A stretch of 57,836 nt of DNA, counting the filler, from Asterionella formosa (lineage: Eukaryota), in the NCBI GenBank assembly GCA_002256025.1. It is 6 parts of 6 records of this genome, joined end to end, with 100 filler letters (N's around TTAATTAATTAA, not from the genome) between each part and the next. Parts side by side here need not be neighbours in the genome. Positions count along the whole stretch, not along the records: positions 1 to 9,565 come from NKIB01010496.1; positions 9,666 to 19,226 come from NKIB01010502.1; 4 more parts are not named here. One strand, written 5' to 3'. The stretch's first letter is position 1; every line of letters starts with the position of its first letter. Both the position numbers and the translations under genes were made by a program. The notes under the pieces are model-generated. The model saw only the letters and a program-made list of their open reading frames with translations. It did not search any database and had not been told where the DNA came from. Of this stretch, positions 1 through 12,329 are shown in pieces.

Positions 1-1
1 G

Positions 2-121
2 AATCATGGGTATGACTCCAATAATTCTGATGTAGTTCAGGCTCGACTAGAAATTAAGATATGCAAGAGAAAGCGGGATCACTATTTTCATCTGCTTTCA
101 GAAGGTGAAACATCAGATTAA
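2..121 (+). CDS. 3' end of an ORF convergent with the Harbinger transposase; probable Harbinger ORF2 (Myb/SANT-like DNA-binding protein), partial
   Basis: The frame is open from the contig start (NHGYDSNNSDVVQARLEIKICKRKRDHYFHLLSEGETSD*) and stops 30 bp from the transposase stop. A convergent two-ORF layout is common in PIF/Harbinger elements. Identity is inferred from position only. Confidence 0.45.
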   Translation, partial: NHGYDSNNSDVVQARLEIKICKRKRDHYFHLLSEGETSD

Positions 122-151
122 ATCCAACTAATTAATAAAATATATATTTGT

Positions 152-1371
152 CTACATTAAATTTATTTCATGTAATTCTTTCCTTCTCCTCTCTATATTC
201 ACAGGAGGTCGTTGCACGCCCAAGGTTTGCAATCTGGTAAGAATCACATCTCGCATCACAGAGCTTCCAGGCAATATACACAATGGTTCCACAGTTGGCA
301 AGTAGCCCCAACCAAGGGGTGACAAACTGACTGGAATTATCTCTGTAAGTATTTGATTATCATCCATAATCTCGTTATCAATTATCTTCTCATTAATCAC
401 ATAGTTATGAAGTCGAGCACATGAATCAAGAATGCGTGCAGATGTTTCCAAGCTTGTCGATAGGTTTTTTTTCAGAACACACCATTTTGTCTGAAGAAGA
501 CCAAATGCCATTTCTATTCTTATCCTCAGCTGTGAAAGGAAAAAGTTAAATGTATCCTGTGTTGGATCATCACGTTGTGAGCAAACAAAGGGAACAAGCA
601 TTACATCAGACAATGTGTAAGCTGCATCGCCGACCAGATAAAAACCTGTGTTGAATGCTGCAACTCGATCGAAAATGGAAATTCGTTCAAAAGCTACTTG
701 GTCACTGCATTTTCCCGGTGCAATTACACCAAAATAAATAAATCTTGAGTCAGCATCACAAACAGCCTGGACATTGATTCCATAAGTCATGTAGTGACCG
801 GAAAAAATGAACCAGGGTTATTGCCACTTTCAACTATAGTCGGGCGGTTGATGGTGGCTAGGAAGCCGTCAATAGCACCGACACATCCTCTCATCATGCC
901 CTCTGAGCTTTTGCATTCAAAGCTGGAAGCCAATTTGATAAATTCTTCTTTTTCTTCTGGAAAAATAATTTCGAGTTCTTCACAGTTTAGTACAGCATCA
1001 ATGAACAAATCACGACATCGATAAAGTGAAGCAATGCTACAACCGTAGGCATGACGAATGTCGATGTAACTGCCACCAGCCAGCCATCGCAAACCAATGG
1101 CTACCAAAATTTCGGGAATTATGGGCTCAGAAGTGCCACATTTGGAATAATTCCCTGCAATCTGAATTTCCAGCATGGAGGTGAGTTTTTTGAATGCTCT
1201 GTGTGACATTCTGTATGTCTTCTCGAAAGCAATCTCGTGATTGAGTTTCTTGACATGTGATTGCCAGGAGATTCTTTCGTGGTGCCACTTGTGCCAGTCT
1301 CTGAACACGACTTGGATTTGCTGACTGACGAACAGGTTCAGCAAACCTTCTTCTAGCTTCAGAATCCACAT
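152..1371 (-). mobile_element. PIF/Harbinger (HARBI1-like, DDE_Tnp_4) transposase with one frameshift at 802-807
   Basis: Motifs FEKTYRMS, LRWLAGGSY, GCVGAIDG, INVQAVCD, VGDAAY, FNFFLSQLRIRIEMAFGLL and CARLHNY. ORFs 787-1371 and 152-790 fuse as FFSGHYMTYG if one T is added to a T6 run. Confidence 0.93.
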
Positions 1372-1393
1372 AGGAATCCTACCTTTTTACGTT

Positions 1394-1560
1394 TAGAACT
1401 TGCTGACAATGATTAGTATTTTCTGACAACGACTAGAATTTGCTAACAATGACTAGAATTTGCTGACAATTACTAGAATTTGCTAACAGTTACTAAAATT
1501 TGCTGACTATGACTAGAACTTGATGACTACTACGACTAGAATTTGCTGACAACGACTAGA
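1394..1560 (+). repeat. Tandem array of about eight 20-bp units (consensus TAGAATTTGCTGACAATGAC), probable Harbinger subterminal repeats
   Basis: Units are directly visible just 5' of the transposase start. Confidence 0.85.
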
Positions 1561-2390
1561 CAAACTTGCGAATAAGAATACCGGTAAATTTTCTGAATGA
1601 CTCTTGTGCCTATGAAGTATATGCATGAACGAACACAACAACTACCCCCTGATTGCCTTGCCAAAACTACATATAAGCATATGTAACGTCATATCTATAT
1701 ACATGGTGGTCACAGTTATTATCACGCCAGATGCAAAAGGCTACCGGAGTACCTGGTACCAGGTACCGCTATACTATTTGCAATATCATATATATGGCTA
1801 ATATATCACATATCACATATATACTATGGCTAGGTAGGATGCCGGTATATATTTTCAGGGTACCCTGGTACCCGAGGTAGCCCTTATAGAAGCTAGTGTT
1901 ATAATTATTTAGCTTACTAGATGTTGAGATTTCTTCCTATATATAAAATGCTAGAGTGTAGTACTTGTGCGCGGCAGGAGAATCCTGCATCATGCTGTCT
2001 CCGACTTGACCATATTGAAAATAACGAAATTCTCCATGGGTAATGAAAACGACGCTATCATACTATCTGGCAAATATATCCAACACAAAATAGATGATAC
2101 AATCATAAAAAAATAATTATAATACAACTAGTATTGACAACGAAAATTGAAGTCGCCGATGGCGCATTGCTTCATCTAGTTCAGATGATGCACAATTCAA
2201 AACAACGAAGTTCCGAACAGATTGGACACTTTTAAAGTACACAGCACACTATACTACAGTAATCTGTAGGTCGAACAAAATTCTGTTTGATTCTATATTT
2301 AAGTCATGTTGATTAAAAGTCCATTGACATTTTCAAAATGGCTCCTTCGTTTATGATTGCTGATCCAGCCGGTGACTACATGCAAATACA

Positions 2391-2490
2391 TAGAAATCTG
2401 CTGACAGCATTTAGAATTTGCTGACAGCGACGAGAATTTGCTGCCTGACTTCAACTAGAAATTGCTGACAATGACCAGAAATTGCTGATT
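2391..2490 (+). repeat. Second cluster of the same AGAA(A/T)TTGCTGAC repeat, about 5 degenerate units
   Basis: tagaaatctgctgacagc, tagaatttgctgacagc, gagaatttgctgcc, tagaaattgctgacaatgac, cagaaattgctga. Confidence 0.7.
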
Positions 2491-2647
2491 GGTGAATTTC
2501 ATTAGCAAACCATCATCCAGTTGCTGAATACCATTACCAGTAGTAGTAGGTGAAGACGATTTCGATGATCAGAGCACGACTTGGATTTAATGAATTATAA
2601 TAATTGAAGAAAGTTACTTTCAAGAGTTTTTGGAATGAAAAGCCATT

Positions 2648-4510
2648 CTATAGGCCATTTGTACTCCTATTTCTAGGCAAGTATTTCATTGTGCTACCTG
2701 CCAACAAGACCTGTGATTCCCTAGTTTTTAAGCGTAGTAAGTGAGTCCCCAGCCAACCACCTTTGGCTAAAGGTGATCGTCTTAGTAGCCGCTGCCTTAG
2801 GGGAAACTCCGTGCGCCTGCCTAGGAAGGCGGCACAAGCTGGGCAACCCAATATTCCATGCGCACCAGTCAAGACCGTGGGTGACCCAACAATTGCTTCT
2901 CAAAAAATTGCTGGAATCGAACTTCACATCCTCAGATCAAAGGCAACGTGCAAAACCACTAAGCCATTCCCGTTATATACAACGGTATATTTTAAATGTT
3001 TGGCATACATATTACTACTAGTACAAGTGCGTCTAAGTCAGCCAAGATACTCTACGAAGGCCGATTTGCAAGCTGGTCTTGTAGAAGAAGAAAACATTCT
3101 TGACACCACAACCCAGGCTTTGCACAGGATTCTTTGCCATGGTAGAAATGGCACGTTTGACCAGTGGCATCAAAAGTGACGACTGCAAGAATTCTGTCAT
3201 GTGGGCGTTTCTAATCATGGCTGGATGATCACTATACTGTGGACCTAGTGGTGGTGGGAAGCACAGCGGTGTGTCGAACAACTGGTGCCCGCGCTGGAAA
3301 GGTCAAGAGTCTCGCAAAATAAGGGTACGGTTGGTATTCTGTCAATCCAAGGAAATCTAAATCCGGAAACGACTCTGGTAGTCACCACTGTGATGAACAA
3401 GGTGTCGATCTATTCCAACTGGGAAACTCACGAAAAAAGAGGTCCCAGTCGACATTATTGTTACTCCCCCTCGAATAATTCGAGTTCCCAAATGGGTCCC
3501 CAAACCATCGGGAGTCTTTTGGGACCCTATCGAGTCTACAGAAGTTGGCTCAAATTAGAGACTTGCAGAAATTAAAGGTAAGGATTGAGTCTGAAAACGG
3601 GATTGATTTGCCGGCTGGACTGGAGGAAGAGCTTCCTCTCACAGCTTAACGAGGGGATTCCAAGCAAGAGGAGCAACAAAGCATAAAGCAAGAGTCGGAC
3701 GGGAAGTCTGGTGAATCAAAGAAAATCCAGAAGAAAAAGCAATGGACTAATCCAAAAATTGTCAAAGCTTTGCCTGTCCTTGTGACGAGATCAGAGCAGC
3801 AGACAGAAACAAAAGAAGCGAAGCAACAGCTTCGGAGTGAACTATAAATGCCTCCATCAATGAGCAAGAACGACGTATTAGAGTGAATGAGTGGCATGCT
3901 AGGGAAGTTTTTCCACTTTGTTAAGCTGCAATTTCCAACTCAAATCCACTGAAGCTAGTAACTTTGTAGGCCCATGACTGGAATTCCTGTACCAGTCAAA
4001 AACTGTAAGCCACTGTTATTTTACTCCATCTTCTGACTGGAAATATTTAAGTAATTTATCAATCAAAACCTGATGCAAGTACAAAGAGTATGTTCAAGGA
4101 TGCACTCTACTCAATGAATAAGTAATCTGTTTCGATTCAGTGTATAAAGCCATGAAGAACTAATTATTTCAAAGTCATTAAGATTGTTGCATAGCTGTGG
4201 CTTACAGTGCATATTTTTCTATCCATACATAAGTATAGTTTCCCCCCCCCCAAACAATGATAATTTTTACTCTGTTTATACTACAGAATTCTTTTTGTAT
4301 AGGAGTGATACAATATGCTTTTTGCACTTGCACAATCACCAAATGCTTCTGGTCGGAGTTTCCCCAAATGCTGCGGCTAAGATGATCATCTTTTGTGAAG
4401 GGTGGTTGGGGACTCACCTACGCTAACAAAACTAGGGAAGCACAGAGCTTGTTGGCAGGCAGCACAATGAATACTTGCCTTGAAAAAGGGGAGTAGGAAT
4501 GGGCTATAAA
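2648..4510. mobile_element. Segment bounded by diverged inverted repeats of about 165 bp (2648-2811 and 4353-4510); candidate non-autonomous element
   Basis: The reverse complement of 4353-4510 aligns along its length with 2648-2811 (aggcaagtat.tcattgtgct.cctgccaacaag...gtgagtcccca...ggggaaactccg). The interior has no recognisable intact ORF. Confidence 0.55.
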
Positions 4511-4845
4511 ACAGATTATCATTTTATTTCAATAAAAATTTCCCAAAAGTCTTGGAGAGCAGAACCAATTGGACTCCATCTTTGAAACATACTTGATTAC
4601 TAGCCAAATTGAGTAAAATTGCAATGAATTTCGCATTTTTTCAACCCTGGATGCAGTAAAGGGTAAAGGTACTGAATTTGTGATTGGCGTACTAGGGAAA
4701 CAAACAGTTGTGGCACAAATGAAAAGAAGGCAAAATTGCATTTGCGTCATGTAATTGTTTATGTCTATTAGCTCGTGGTCATCGTCTTTGAATATATCTG
4801 CCAGCATCGAAGTGTGCTCAGTTCAACGAAGACAGCATTCATCGA

Positions 4846-5814
4846 TTATAAGTGCTCCTTCCTGGAACGATGGGCCATGTAACTGACAACAGCATTCCAA
4901 ATGATATCTTGTATGTTAATTGCCAAGACTCTCAATTTGGCGGGGACAAACTTGAACAGAAGAAACTCTAACGGTGAAAAAACAAAGTTGGACATCCATG
5001 ACGCCTTCAGGGTAGGTATAAAGTCATATTGGAGTTCTTTGGCAATAACACCCACCTTGCCTTCAAGAACTCCCGTGAAAACCATTAATGTGGCAACAAA
5101 AAGGCAATCCAAAAGAACGGAGTCAATCAGGACGTGAATCATAGCATGAATCCAAGTAACAGAAGCCTCACTACCTTCTATAGGTAATATGGTTTCCATC
5201 CAATCATAAACAAAGTGCATAAGGGGACCTGATATCAAGAGTCCTTCGGCAGCGACAGACAAGGTGCGACGCAGGTCAAAGCCTCGTCCATAGGCAAACC
5301 GTAGTTCAAAGAATTGCGCATATAAATCACCTATACCTCCAATGACAAAGGATGTTATGCTCTTCGTCATGATCGGATCAGTCTCAAGAAGGTTCCAGTA
5401 GAAAGGAGCAACTTTAGTGGTTGCAAACAAGAACATCGAGTTTGAAACCAATCCGATTCTATAATTCCAAGATTGTTCCTCGTTCGCACTCATTTCAACG
5501 AAATCGTTTCTTTCATTTTCTGCATCTGATACTATGCATGTTTGTCCTTTGCGGAATGGTGACCAGTCTTCATCTGAAGTGTTGGTATCCTCAATAAGAA
5601 ACATTGAGTGGACTATTGGCACTCGATCTTGCCAGTCCAATACTCTTTCTGGGGCAGCTAATATTCCAACAGTCGAGCCTATTGTGGACGAATTGACATA
5701 GCTCATTGATCCAAAGCTGCCCGCGAGCAGTATCATAAAGCATGATGTTGTATACCGAACGAGGACCCCATTTCTTCTTGCCTGTGAGAGAACCTTCTTT
5801 CCAAGTTGAATCAT
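4846..5814 (-). CDS. Mpv17/PMP22 family membrane protein with an N-terminal extension
   Basis: YWNLLETDPIMTKSITSFVIGGIGDLYAQ, FDLRRTL, GPLMHFVYDWME and KASW...LLFKFVPAKLRVLAINIQDIIWNAVVSY match Mpv17/PMP22 family motifs. Confidence 0.9.
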   Translation of the reverse strand: MIQLGKKVLSQARRNGVLVRYTTSCFMILLAGSFGSMSYVNSSTIGSTVGILAAPERVLDWQDRVPIVHSMFLIEDTNTSDEDWSPFRKGQTCIVSDAENERNDFVEMSANEEQSWNYRIGLVSNSMFLFATTKVAPFYWNLLETDPIMTKSITSFVIGGIGDLYAQFFELRFAYGRGFDLRRTLSVAAEGLLISGPLMHFVYDWMETILPIEGSEASVTWIHAMIHVLIDSVLLDCLFVATLMVFTGVLEGKVGVIAKELQYDFIPTLKASWMSNFVFSPLEFLLFKFVPAKLRVLAINIQDIIWNAVVSYMAHRSRKEHL

Positions 5815-7419
5815 TCCTTTGCGTTGAACCGGGAGCTAAACAAGATTTAGAAAGCAATATTTTCACACGGTATCTTATTCTTGGTAAGAGAGGGAACGAT
5901 TTATGAAGAGATCCAAGTACAAGGCCTTGTTGTCCTGGTACATACGGAAGGGCAAGGGCGAATCTTATCAATCTCACATAGCAAGAAATGGGGCTGATGA
6001 AAAAGTAATGGTGATCTTCTCAACAAGAGTGAGATGACGAGTGGATGATGAGCTCACAAACCTAATACACAATATGTTCACATGTTATATCATATTCCGA
6101 TATGATTATATCAATATTCATAAATAGGCTGATGCTGTTGCATACGTACGTATGTACGGGTATACGGGTAACTAGTTAAAAACTGTTTTGAATATTCTAC
6201 GGCTTGGGGTTGCTGAAGGCAAGACACGTCCGAGGTGGTCTTGCCTGCGAGAACCATACCAGGGTACCAGGTACTTTAAACATGTGCACCGGGTAGTACT
6301 CTGGTAATCCCTTTGAAGGTCCGGTAATCGAGATATTTAGCTTTTTCATCTTCGCTTAACACCGTGGACCTTCGTCTGGACATGATGGATGCGCCGCACA
6401 GCCAGTACCAGCGTAACCACCAGATCTGGTACATACCAGTGTTGCAATAATCGTACACAGACATCAGCCACAGAATAGTCATAATATTGTAGTAGCTCAC
6501 CTTTATTCACAATAAGGTTCCCCTCAACAGAGCTATGACAATATCTGTTCTTTCTCTCCTCGTCTGCACCCTTGACATTGTGGCGCTCTTTGGCAGTTCT
6601 GCAGCTGCCTCCCAACCGGTGCAAACAAGCACTGCCTTCTTTGCACACCTGTGAAACATCAATTGCCCACATTTTCTCCAGTCTTTCTCCTGTGCTTCTG
6701 TCCCTTGCATTCTTCACCATGGCGACCCACTTGTTATACTGTTTTCCCTTTACCTCATCCGCTTGTCACACCGATTAACAGTAACCCTACAGCCCTCACC
6801 ATGACCCGCCTTGTTTGCAAGAAGTGACCTACTATGGTACAGTATGTACCACGCTAGATATACTATATCATTCAGATGGTATAAGTCCTATATAATGTTA
6901 ACCTTATAGGCTCTTCTATACAGACCATATAATTGTTTACTCTCACTGTAGAGATTTACACAATACACACTGTGTATGTATACCACATCAACCATAAGTG
7001 AAAGGTGTACCCTTTTACATTATGCACACGACTACCATGGAACCCATATGTAGTACATATACATGTACACAAGAGTGATCATGATTAGTACGTGATGCTA
7101 TACAAGCTATTCACATGGTTACTAGTATGTAGCTTGTAGTACATATTGCATTATGTACCCACAGCTATATGTTACGTGATAACTATTGGTACAGATGCAT
7201 CTCTAGAATAGACATACCAATGCTAGGCTAAAACTTGACACCTAGTACATACCCTTCTCATCAAGACCCTTGTAAGTCCCCTTGAACTAGGAGCTGATAT
7301 AGATACACTAATCATTAAGCTTATGATTAGCCAGAACCTACTTGTTAAATCCTGACAACCGTAGGACAAGAAGGAATAATTAGCAAATGCTTGATCTGTC
7401 CATTGTACTACAGCCAGCT

Positions 7420-8600
7420 GGTGGTGGGCGGTGCTAATGGCTTCCTTCTTGGCATCGTCATGGCTGCTGCTCCATAACTCCTGCGCACTGGTGAACCCTT
7501 TTTACCGCCCAACCATCCTGTCACACAGCCGACTGACAGTGCCACTACTACTCCTCAGTCCCAAATCACCACGGCCAACTGTCTCTACTATGACACTTCC
7601 CTAGATGCCTTCTGTCATTATTCTCACATCCGCAAAGCTATCCAACAACAACTTTTAATGGCCATTGACCCTACTTACTACAACGTTCTTGAAAATGACA
7701 AAATTGGATATGCCGACATCACTGGCTGTTGCAGCTCTACTTGCCATTTAGAGTCTACTACCTATGCAACATTGAGTGTGAATGATATAGAACTTAATCG
7801 CATGCACTTCACTGATACTTGGATACCAGATGAGCCTCTGGACAACTTATGGGTCCGCATCAAACATCTCCATGCTATTGCCAATGCCGATGGGGAGCCC
7901 TTATTTGACAGTACTGTCGCACGGTTGACTCCTCTTTCTGAATTGGAACAAGCTGGTGTTCATAACCATTGTATTTGTATTTGGCGTGACCGTGCCGATG
8001 AGGAATTTACATGGGCTAACTTTTGCCTCCACTTTGTGTGTGGTGACAAGGACTGGCGTTTACGCCTTTTAACCATCACCACTGCGGGGTATCATGGTGC
8101 ACATGTATTCAGACCAGTGTTTTGCTGCCTCACCAGCACTACATCCCGCCCCTGCCCTGTAACCCCTGGACTATGGAGGGATACCACTATTGATTTAATG
8201 TTCACTCTCATTGTCGATGATTTTGGCACATGGTACACCAAACGCAGTGATGTGGAATGTCTCCTCACCAATTTATGCACAAAATACCGCCTTACTGCTA
8301 CTGATTGGACCAGCTCCCGATACATCTGATACATCGGGCTTCCTCTGGCCTGGGATAACGAAAACCGCACGGTCGAACTCACCATGCCTGGAAATATCGC
8401 TCGTGCCTTGCAAAGCTTTGACAACTCTACACCAACACATCCGCAAAATGGTGCCCCCCATGCTGCATGGAATGCTGCACCAGCCAATATATGGCGCTTG
8501 ACAGCAATTTGCTGTTCTCGATGAAACCCCCATCCTAGACCTCAATGACAAAAATTGTTCAGGAGGTCCTTGGTATTTCACTCTGTTATGATAGACATTT
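7420..8600 (+). mobile_element. Internally deleted, degenerate Ty1/Copia (diatom CoDi-type) retrotransposon: gag fragment joined to an RT fragment
   Basis: gag-like GGANG.LGIVM...PPNHP...QQQLLMAIDPTYYNVLENDKIGYAD, then a jump near 8150 to the RT motifs TPGLWR...FTLIVDDFG...DWTSSRYI...WD...TVELTMPG. Stops and frameshifts are present. Confidence 0.85.
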
Positions 8601-8660
8601 GATTGGGAGGGAGGAGGTTTCAAAAGTGTGGATAACAAGCCTAAAAAACATCATGCAGGC

Positions 8661-9565
8661 GCCTGCAAATAAAAACCATCATATTCCTATGATGCATCAT
8701 AGGATTATGATCATCCGATCATAATTTTTCGTTATATCATCTAATAATTTTGATAAATGCTCTCGTAATTTAAATAGTAACCCTTTTGACTATGGAAATT
8801 TAATTATTATATGTATTGTTTCTTTTAGGTTCCTTTATTTAAATTTCTTGGTAGGAAAATGTACCAATTTAAATTTCTTGGTAGGAGAACCAGATAGAGT
8901 AATGTGGTTTGGCTTATCATCCTCGCCAGTCCTCACTCTGATTCTTGCAACAACGACAAACCAGCCTTGTCAAGAGGAACAAGTGTTTGTGAAAAATCTT
9001 CATTTGTTGTTCAAGTCATCATAAGTCTTCGATGAATCATCATCTACATTGCACAGTATGTTCATATGCAATCCGTTAAGAGCTTGAAAAGAAATCCAAT
9101 GAAAACGAAATGCTCATCACACAAGACGAATATTTCCGGATGGTCTGTCACCAGAGCATCAATCAGTGTTACAAACTCAATCATAGCTAAACCGCATCCA
9201 TTATAGAACAGCACAATCTACTTCTCTGTAGTAACATCGTCTCTCTAACAAGAACGCTATACATCTAGAATTGAAAAGCAGCATAGCAGGCGATATGCAC
9301 AAAGAAGCATGAGACTGTCTATTTATAGTAACAGAGTGATTCTGGTTTCGGAGTTTTCATGTCTCATCAGATTTCCTTTGTCATCGTACTAGTAGTTCCA
9401 TACCTTTGAAGACAGGAGCGTATTCTTTGATGTATCTGGAATGGTTCAATGGATGGCAGCAGTTGGATTTAGACACAAACCTCGACAAAAGCACTAGTAC
9501 CTTGTAGATGATCATGAAAAGCGAGACACTTTGGCCTATCGACCACCAGCCAATCTATACTGCAC
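8661..9565 (+). repeat. About 900-bp terminal segment of a dispersed DNA-transposon-like family; inverted copy at 24429-25306
   Basis: Colinear match to the reverse complement of 24429-25306. Begins G(C/T)CTGCAAATAAAAAC and contains the perfect palindrome CCTATGATGCATCATAGG (8686-8703). Confidence 0.85.
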
Positions 9566-9665
9566 NNNNNNNNNNNNNNNNNNNNNNNNNNNNNNNNNNN
9601 NNNNNNNNNTTAATTAATTAANNNNNNNNNNNNNNNNNNNNNNNNNNNNNNNNNNNNNNNNNNNN
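9566..9665. other. Artificial contig linker N44-TTAATTAATTAA-N44 (also at 19227-19326, 28882-28981, 38536-38635 and 48187-48286)
   Basis: Identical 100-nt spacer with stops in all six frames. The flanking contigs decrease monotonically in length from 9565 to 9550 nt. Confidence 0.97.
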
Positions 9666-9864
9666 TACCAGGTAACTAACTACCGGTACCAGTGGACGAC
9701 ACAGAAAGCAGAGCAAAGGACGACAATGGTGGCGGCAAAAGCTCAACCACAAGATATTTCTTATCAGCCATTAATTTGATCACATTGAATCTTAGATTCT
9801 ATGATAGTTCTTTGTTACAAGCTGTACTGCGCTGCTTGCACAGTTGCCCCAAGATTCAATCCAC

Positions 9865-11319
9865 ATGCCAACACTGCTCCGACCGGACTCGCCATCCAGC
9901 GAGCGAGATGGTGAAAGCCAGGGCTCGCTTTGCAACCTCTCACCACATGCTCCTCCTGCACCGGACTCATCACAACCCGAAGAAGAATGGCTGTTCTCCT
10001 CGCGCTGCGAATCCGCCAAGGTCGTATCCACTCTATTGTCTTGTTTACGGAACGTGAGCCCAGCAACGTCGGCCCGTGGTGATGAACCTGGACGAAGAAA
10101 AGCAACCATGATTCAACCTGTGACGGTCTTCTGCAGTCCAGCCTCCTTGACCTTTCATGTGTATGGAACCTCTCGGCAATCGCAAGCCAGTGTGGATCTA
10201 CAAGCGACGCTCTTTAGTGATTATTCAGTGTCCAAGCAACACTCGTCTGATGGAGGACAAGGCCGGCACACGGGTGGAGAATTCTGTGTCAACTTGACGA
10301 CCGTTTTGGAGTGCTTACATGTCCTTGGTACTCAAAATTTAGAGAGGACTAAGCTTTGTCTGTCCTACAATATTACTGATGAGATTTTCAAAATGGAACT
10401 ACTCGAAGAAGGCATTCTCAGCACAGCTGCTATTCCAGGTATGCTCCCTCCTGACAACGACGGCAATTCGCTGGCCTTGGCATTCCGATCCGCCCCCATT
10501 GTGGCTAGAATTATCGTCAAATCAGAATGCCTGCGGGAAGCGTTGCAAGAACTAGAACTAGTACATGGTGCAACATGCTGTACTGTTGGGTTGGGACCAA
10601 ATGGAATTCAGCTGGCTTCCGTAGGGCACGTTGGAGAGTGTTTGATATCGTTACCATCTGGTGGGTCATCTATTGTTCAGTTGGATTGTACACAGGTGGA
10701 AGCAAGGACATATGCATTACATTCAATCAAATCTGGTATGCGAGGCTTGGAAATTGCTGAGGAAACATGTGTGAGTATCAATGCTGCTGGGATGATTGCC
10801 ATTCAGCACCAAGTCCTCGATACGATCACCAATGGTCCACCTAGCTTTGTGGATTTTATAATGTCTTGTCTCGAAGACATGGACGAAGACGAACAATCTG
10901 CAAGTGGGCTTGTATCCCAGAGAAATTCACAAGATTCATCACCCTCCATGACCATGGGATGGGATGACGAAAACGGAACAAATGGTACTGCTGGATCGGG
11001 AGTGACAAAACATTTCACAGTTGAAAAAGACGAGGGAAACGATAGTGAGGAAAACCTTCCTGCTAGACCAGCTTCTGATGCCCCCCTGTTTGGAATTGTT
11101 GCAACACAGGGCAGCCAAAGAGCGGTCCGACGTCGCCGTGGTCATAGTGCCAACAGTGATCGAAGCTCAACGGCGACCAGCGCTCTCCCTACCAGAAGTG
11201 ATGATGACTCTGACAATGAGATGGATATTGCTGCTCCTATTAGCACACCAAGTCGACATCGAAGAGTTGAAGCAGATCAGGAAGATGTGCCTTCCTCTCC
11301 AGAGATTGTCTATGATTAG
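9865..11319 (+). CDS. RAD1: Rad1/Rec1 subunit of the 9-1-1 DNA-damage checkpoint clamp, with a long acidic disordered C-terminal tail
   Basis: PCNA-like Rad1 pattern: LFSSRCESAKVVSTLL, QASVDLQATLFSDY, FCVNLTTVLECLHVLG, IIVKSECLREALQELE, ETCVSINAAGMIAIQH, FVDFIM. First ATG is at 9865. Confidence 0.85.
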   Translation: MPTLLRPDSPSSERDGESQGSLCNLSPHAPPAPDSSQPEEEWLFSSRCESAKVVSTLLSCLRNVSPATSARGDEPGRRKATMIQPVTVFCSPASLTFHVYGTSRQSQASVDLQATLFSDYSVSKQHSSDGGQGRHTGGEFCVNLTTVLECLHVLGTQNLERTKLCLSYNITDEIFKMELLEEGILSTAAIPGMLPPDNDGNSLALAFRSAPIVARIIVKSECLREALQELELVHGATCCTVGLGPNGIQLASVGHVGECLISLPSGGSSIVQLDCTQVEARTYALHSIKSGMRGLEIAEETCVSINAAGMIAIQHQVLDTITNGPPSFVDFIMSCLEDMDEDEQSASGLVSQRNSQDSSPSMTMGWDDENGTNGTAGSGVTKHFTVEKDEGNDSEENLPARPASDAPLFGIVATQGSQRAVRRRRGHSANSDRSSTATSALPTRSDDDSDNEMDIAAPISTPSRHRRVEADQEDVPSSPEIVYD

Positions 11320-11690
11320 GGATGCTGGGCTTGGCTTGGCTTTGTATTTATAATTTAACGAAAATTTCATCAACTGTGTAATTGAGCTTGTTTGCGTAGT
11401 TTTGCACGTCATCTCAATCCAGGATTATGAAATCCAACAACTGCCGTCTTTTTATCATGATAATCTATTAACAATATGTCGCTCAGTACTGCTTATGTAC
11501 GCGATGTTCAATTTTCAAGAATTGGAAGACAAGTGTAACAAGCACTTGAACTTCAATTTGAATCAAGCGGGCTGACGATTGGGAAAAGTCTGCATGTTCA
11601 ATAAAGGGTTCAATAAGCCTGGAGACAATCCCATATGGGCTCGTTCCAATAAGAAGTTGGTAGGAAAGCATGGAGTTCATGAAGGTTAAG

Positions 11691-12305
11691 TGTGACTGAC
11701 TATTGTGTTCCAAGTAACCCGGACAGGAATGACTCGGAGGACTCAAATTTAGTAGTTTGCACTGCTCTGACCTGGGTGGGTGGGTGGATCATGAAAGAAA
11801 TGGCCTTGGCAGCTAGGAGGCCTTCCTGTGGTCCAATTCTGTGTAATCCACAAAACAATGAGATAACTATCAAACTATCGAATCCTGATCCACATCTGTA
11901 ACCCCTTCCTGCCACTTAGCTAGTAGCTAATCCTTCACCCGTCACAACTGCTTCCTTGCAGGACTTATCTAGATGTGATGCATGGCTAATTTTTAGCATT
12001 TACTTCGGAGGATGCTGTTCTGCGCATATGTCCTCATTTGCTTTTGCCTTCCGTCTCACCACCGACAAGAATCAAGATTCACTGGTCCTGCCTCAGTCAT
12101 CATTAACTGCATGAATGTGGTCAGACATGCATGGCATGGTAACATTTAGAAATACTCTTACAACATTGGATAATATACTCATAGAATTTGCTTGGTAATA
12201 AGTGTAGCTAAGTTATGAAGTGTGACTGACTATTTGTGTTCCAAGTAACCCGGACGGGGAATGACTCGGAGGACTCAAATATAGTAGTTCGCACTGTTCT
12301 GACCT
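11691..12305 (+). repeat. Direct repeat of about 85 bp (11691-11773 and 12221-12305)
   Basis: tgtgactgactatt(t)gtgttccaagtaacccggac...aatgactcggaggactcaaat.tagtagtt.gcactg.tctgacct is present twice. Confidence 0.85.
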
Positions 12306-12329
12306 ACCCTTAGACATGCTGCTGCGGCG

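Noticed and set aside
1394..1560. 20-bp periodic array as a CRISPR array
   Set aside because: The units are contiguous with no unique spacers, there are no cas genes, and the context is a eukaryotic TE.
6276..6778. Short ORFs 6346-6720 and 6276-6500 as a spliced gene
   Set aside because: No recognisable domain and no convincing splice model. The region borders TE-derived DNA.
9344..9376. Hammerhead ribozyme on the minus strand (CTGATGAG...CGAAAC)
   Set aside because: Stem II does not pair, and the paralogous copy near 24615 reads CTAATGAG, so the core is not conserved.
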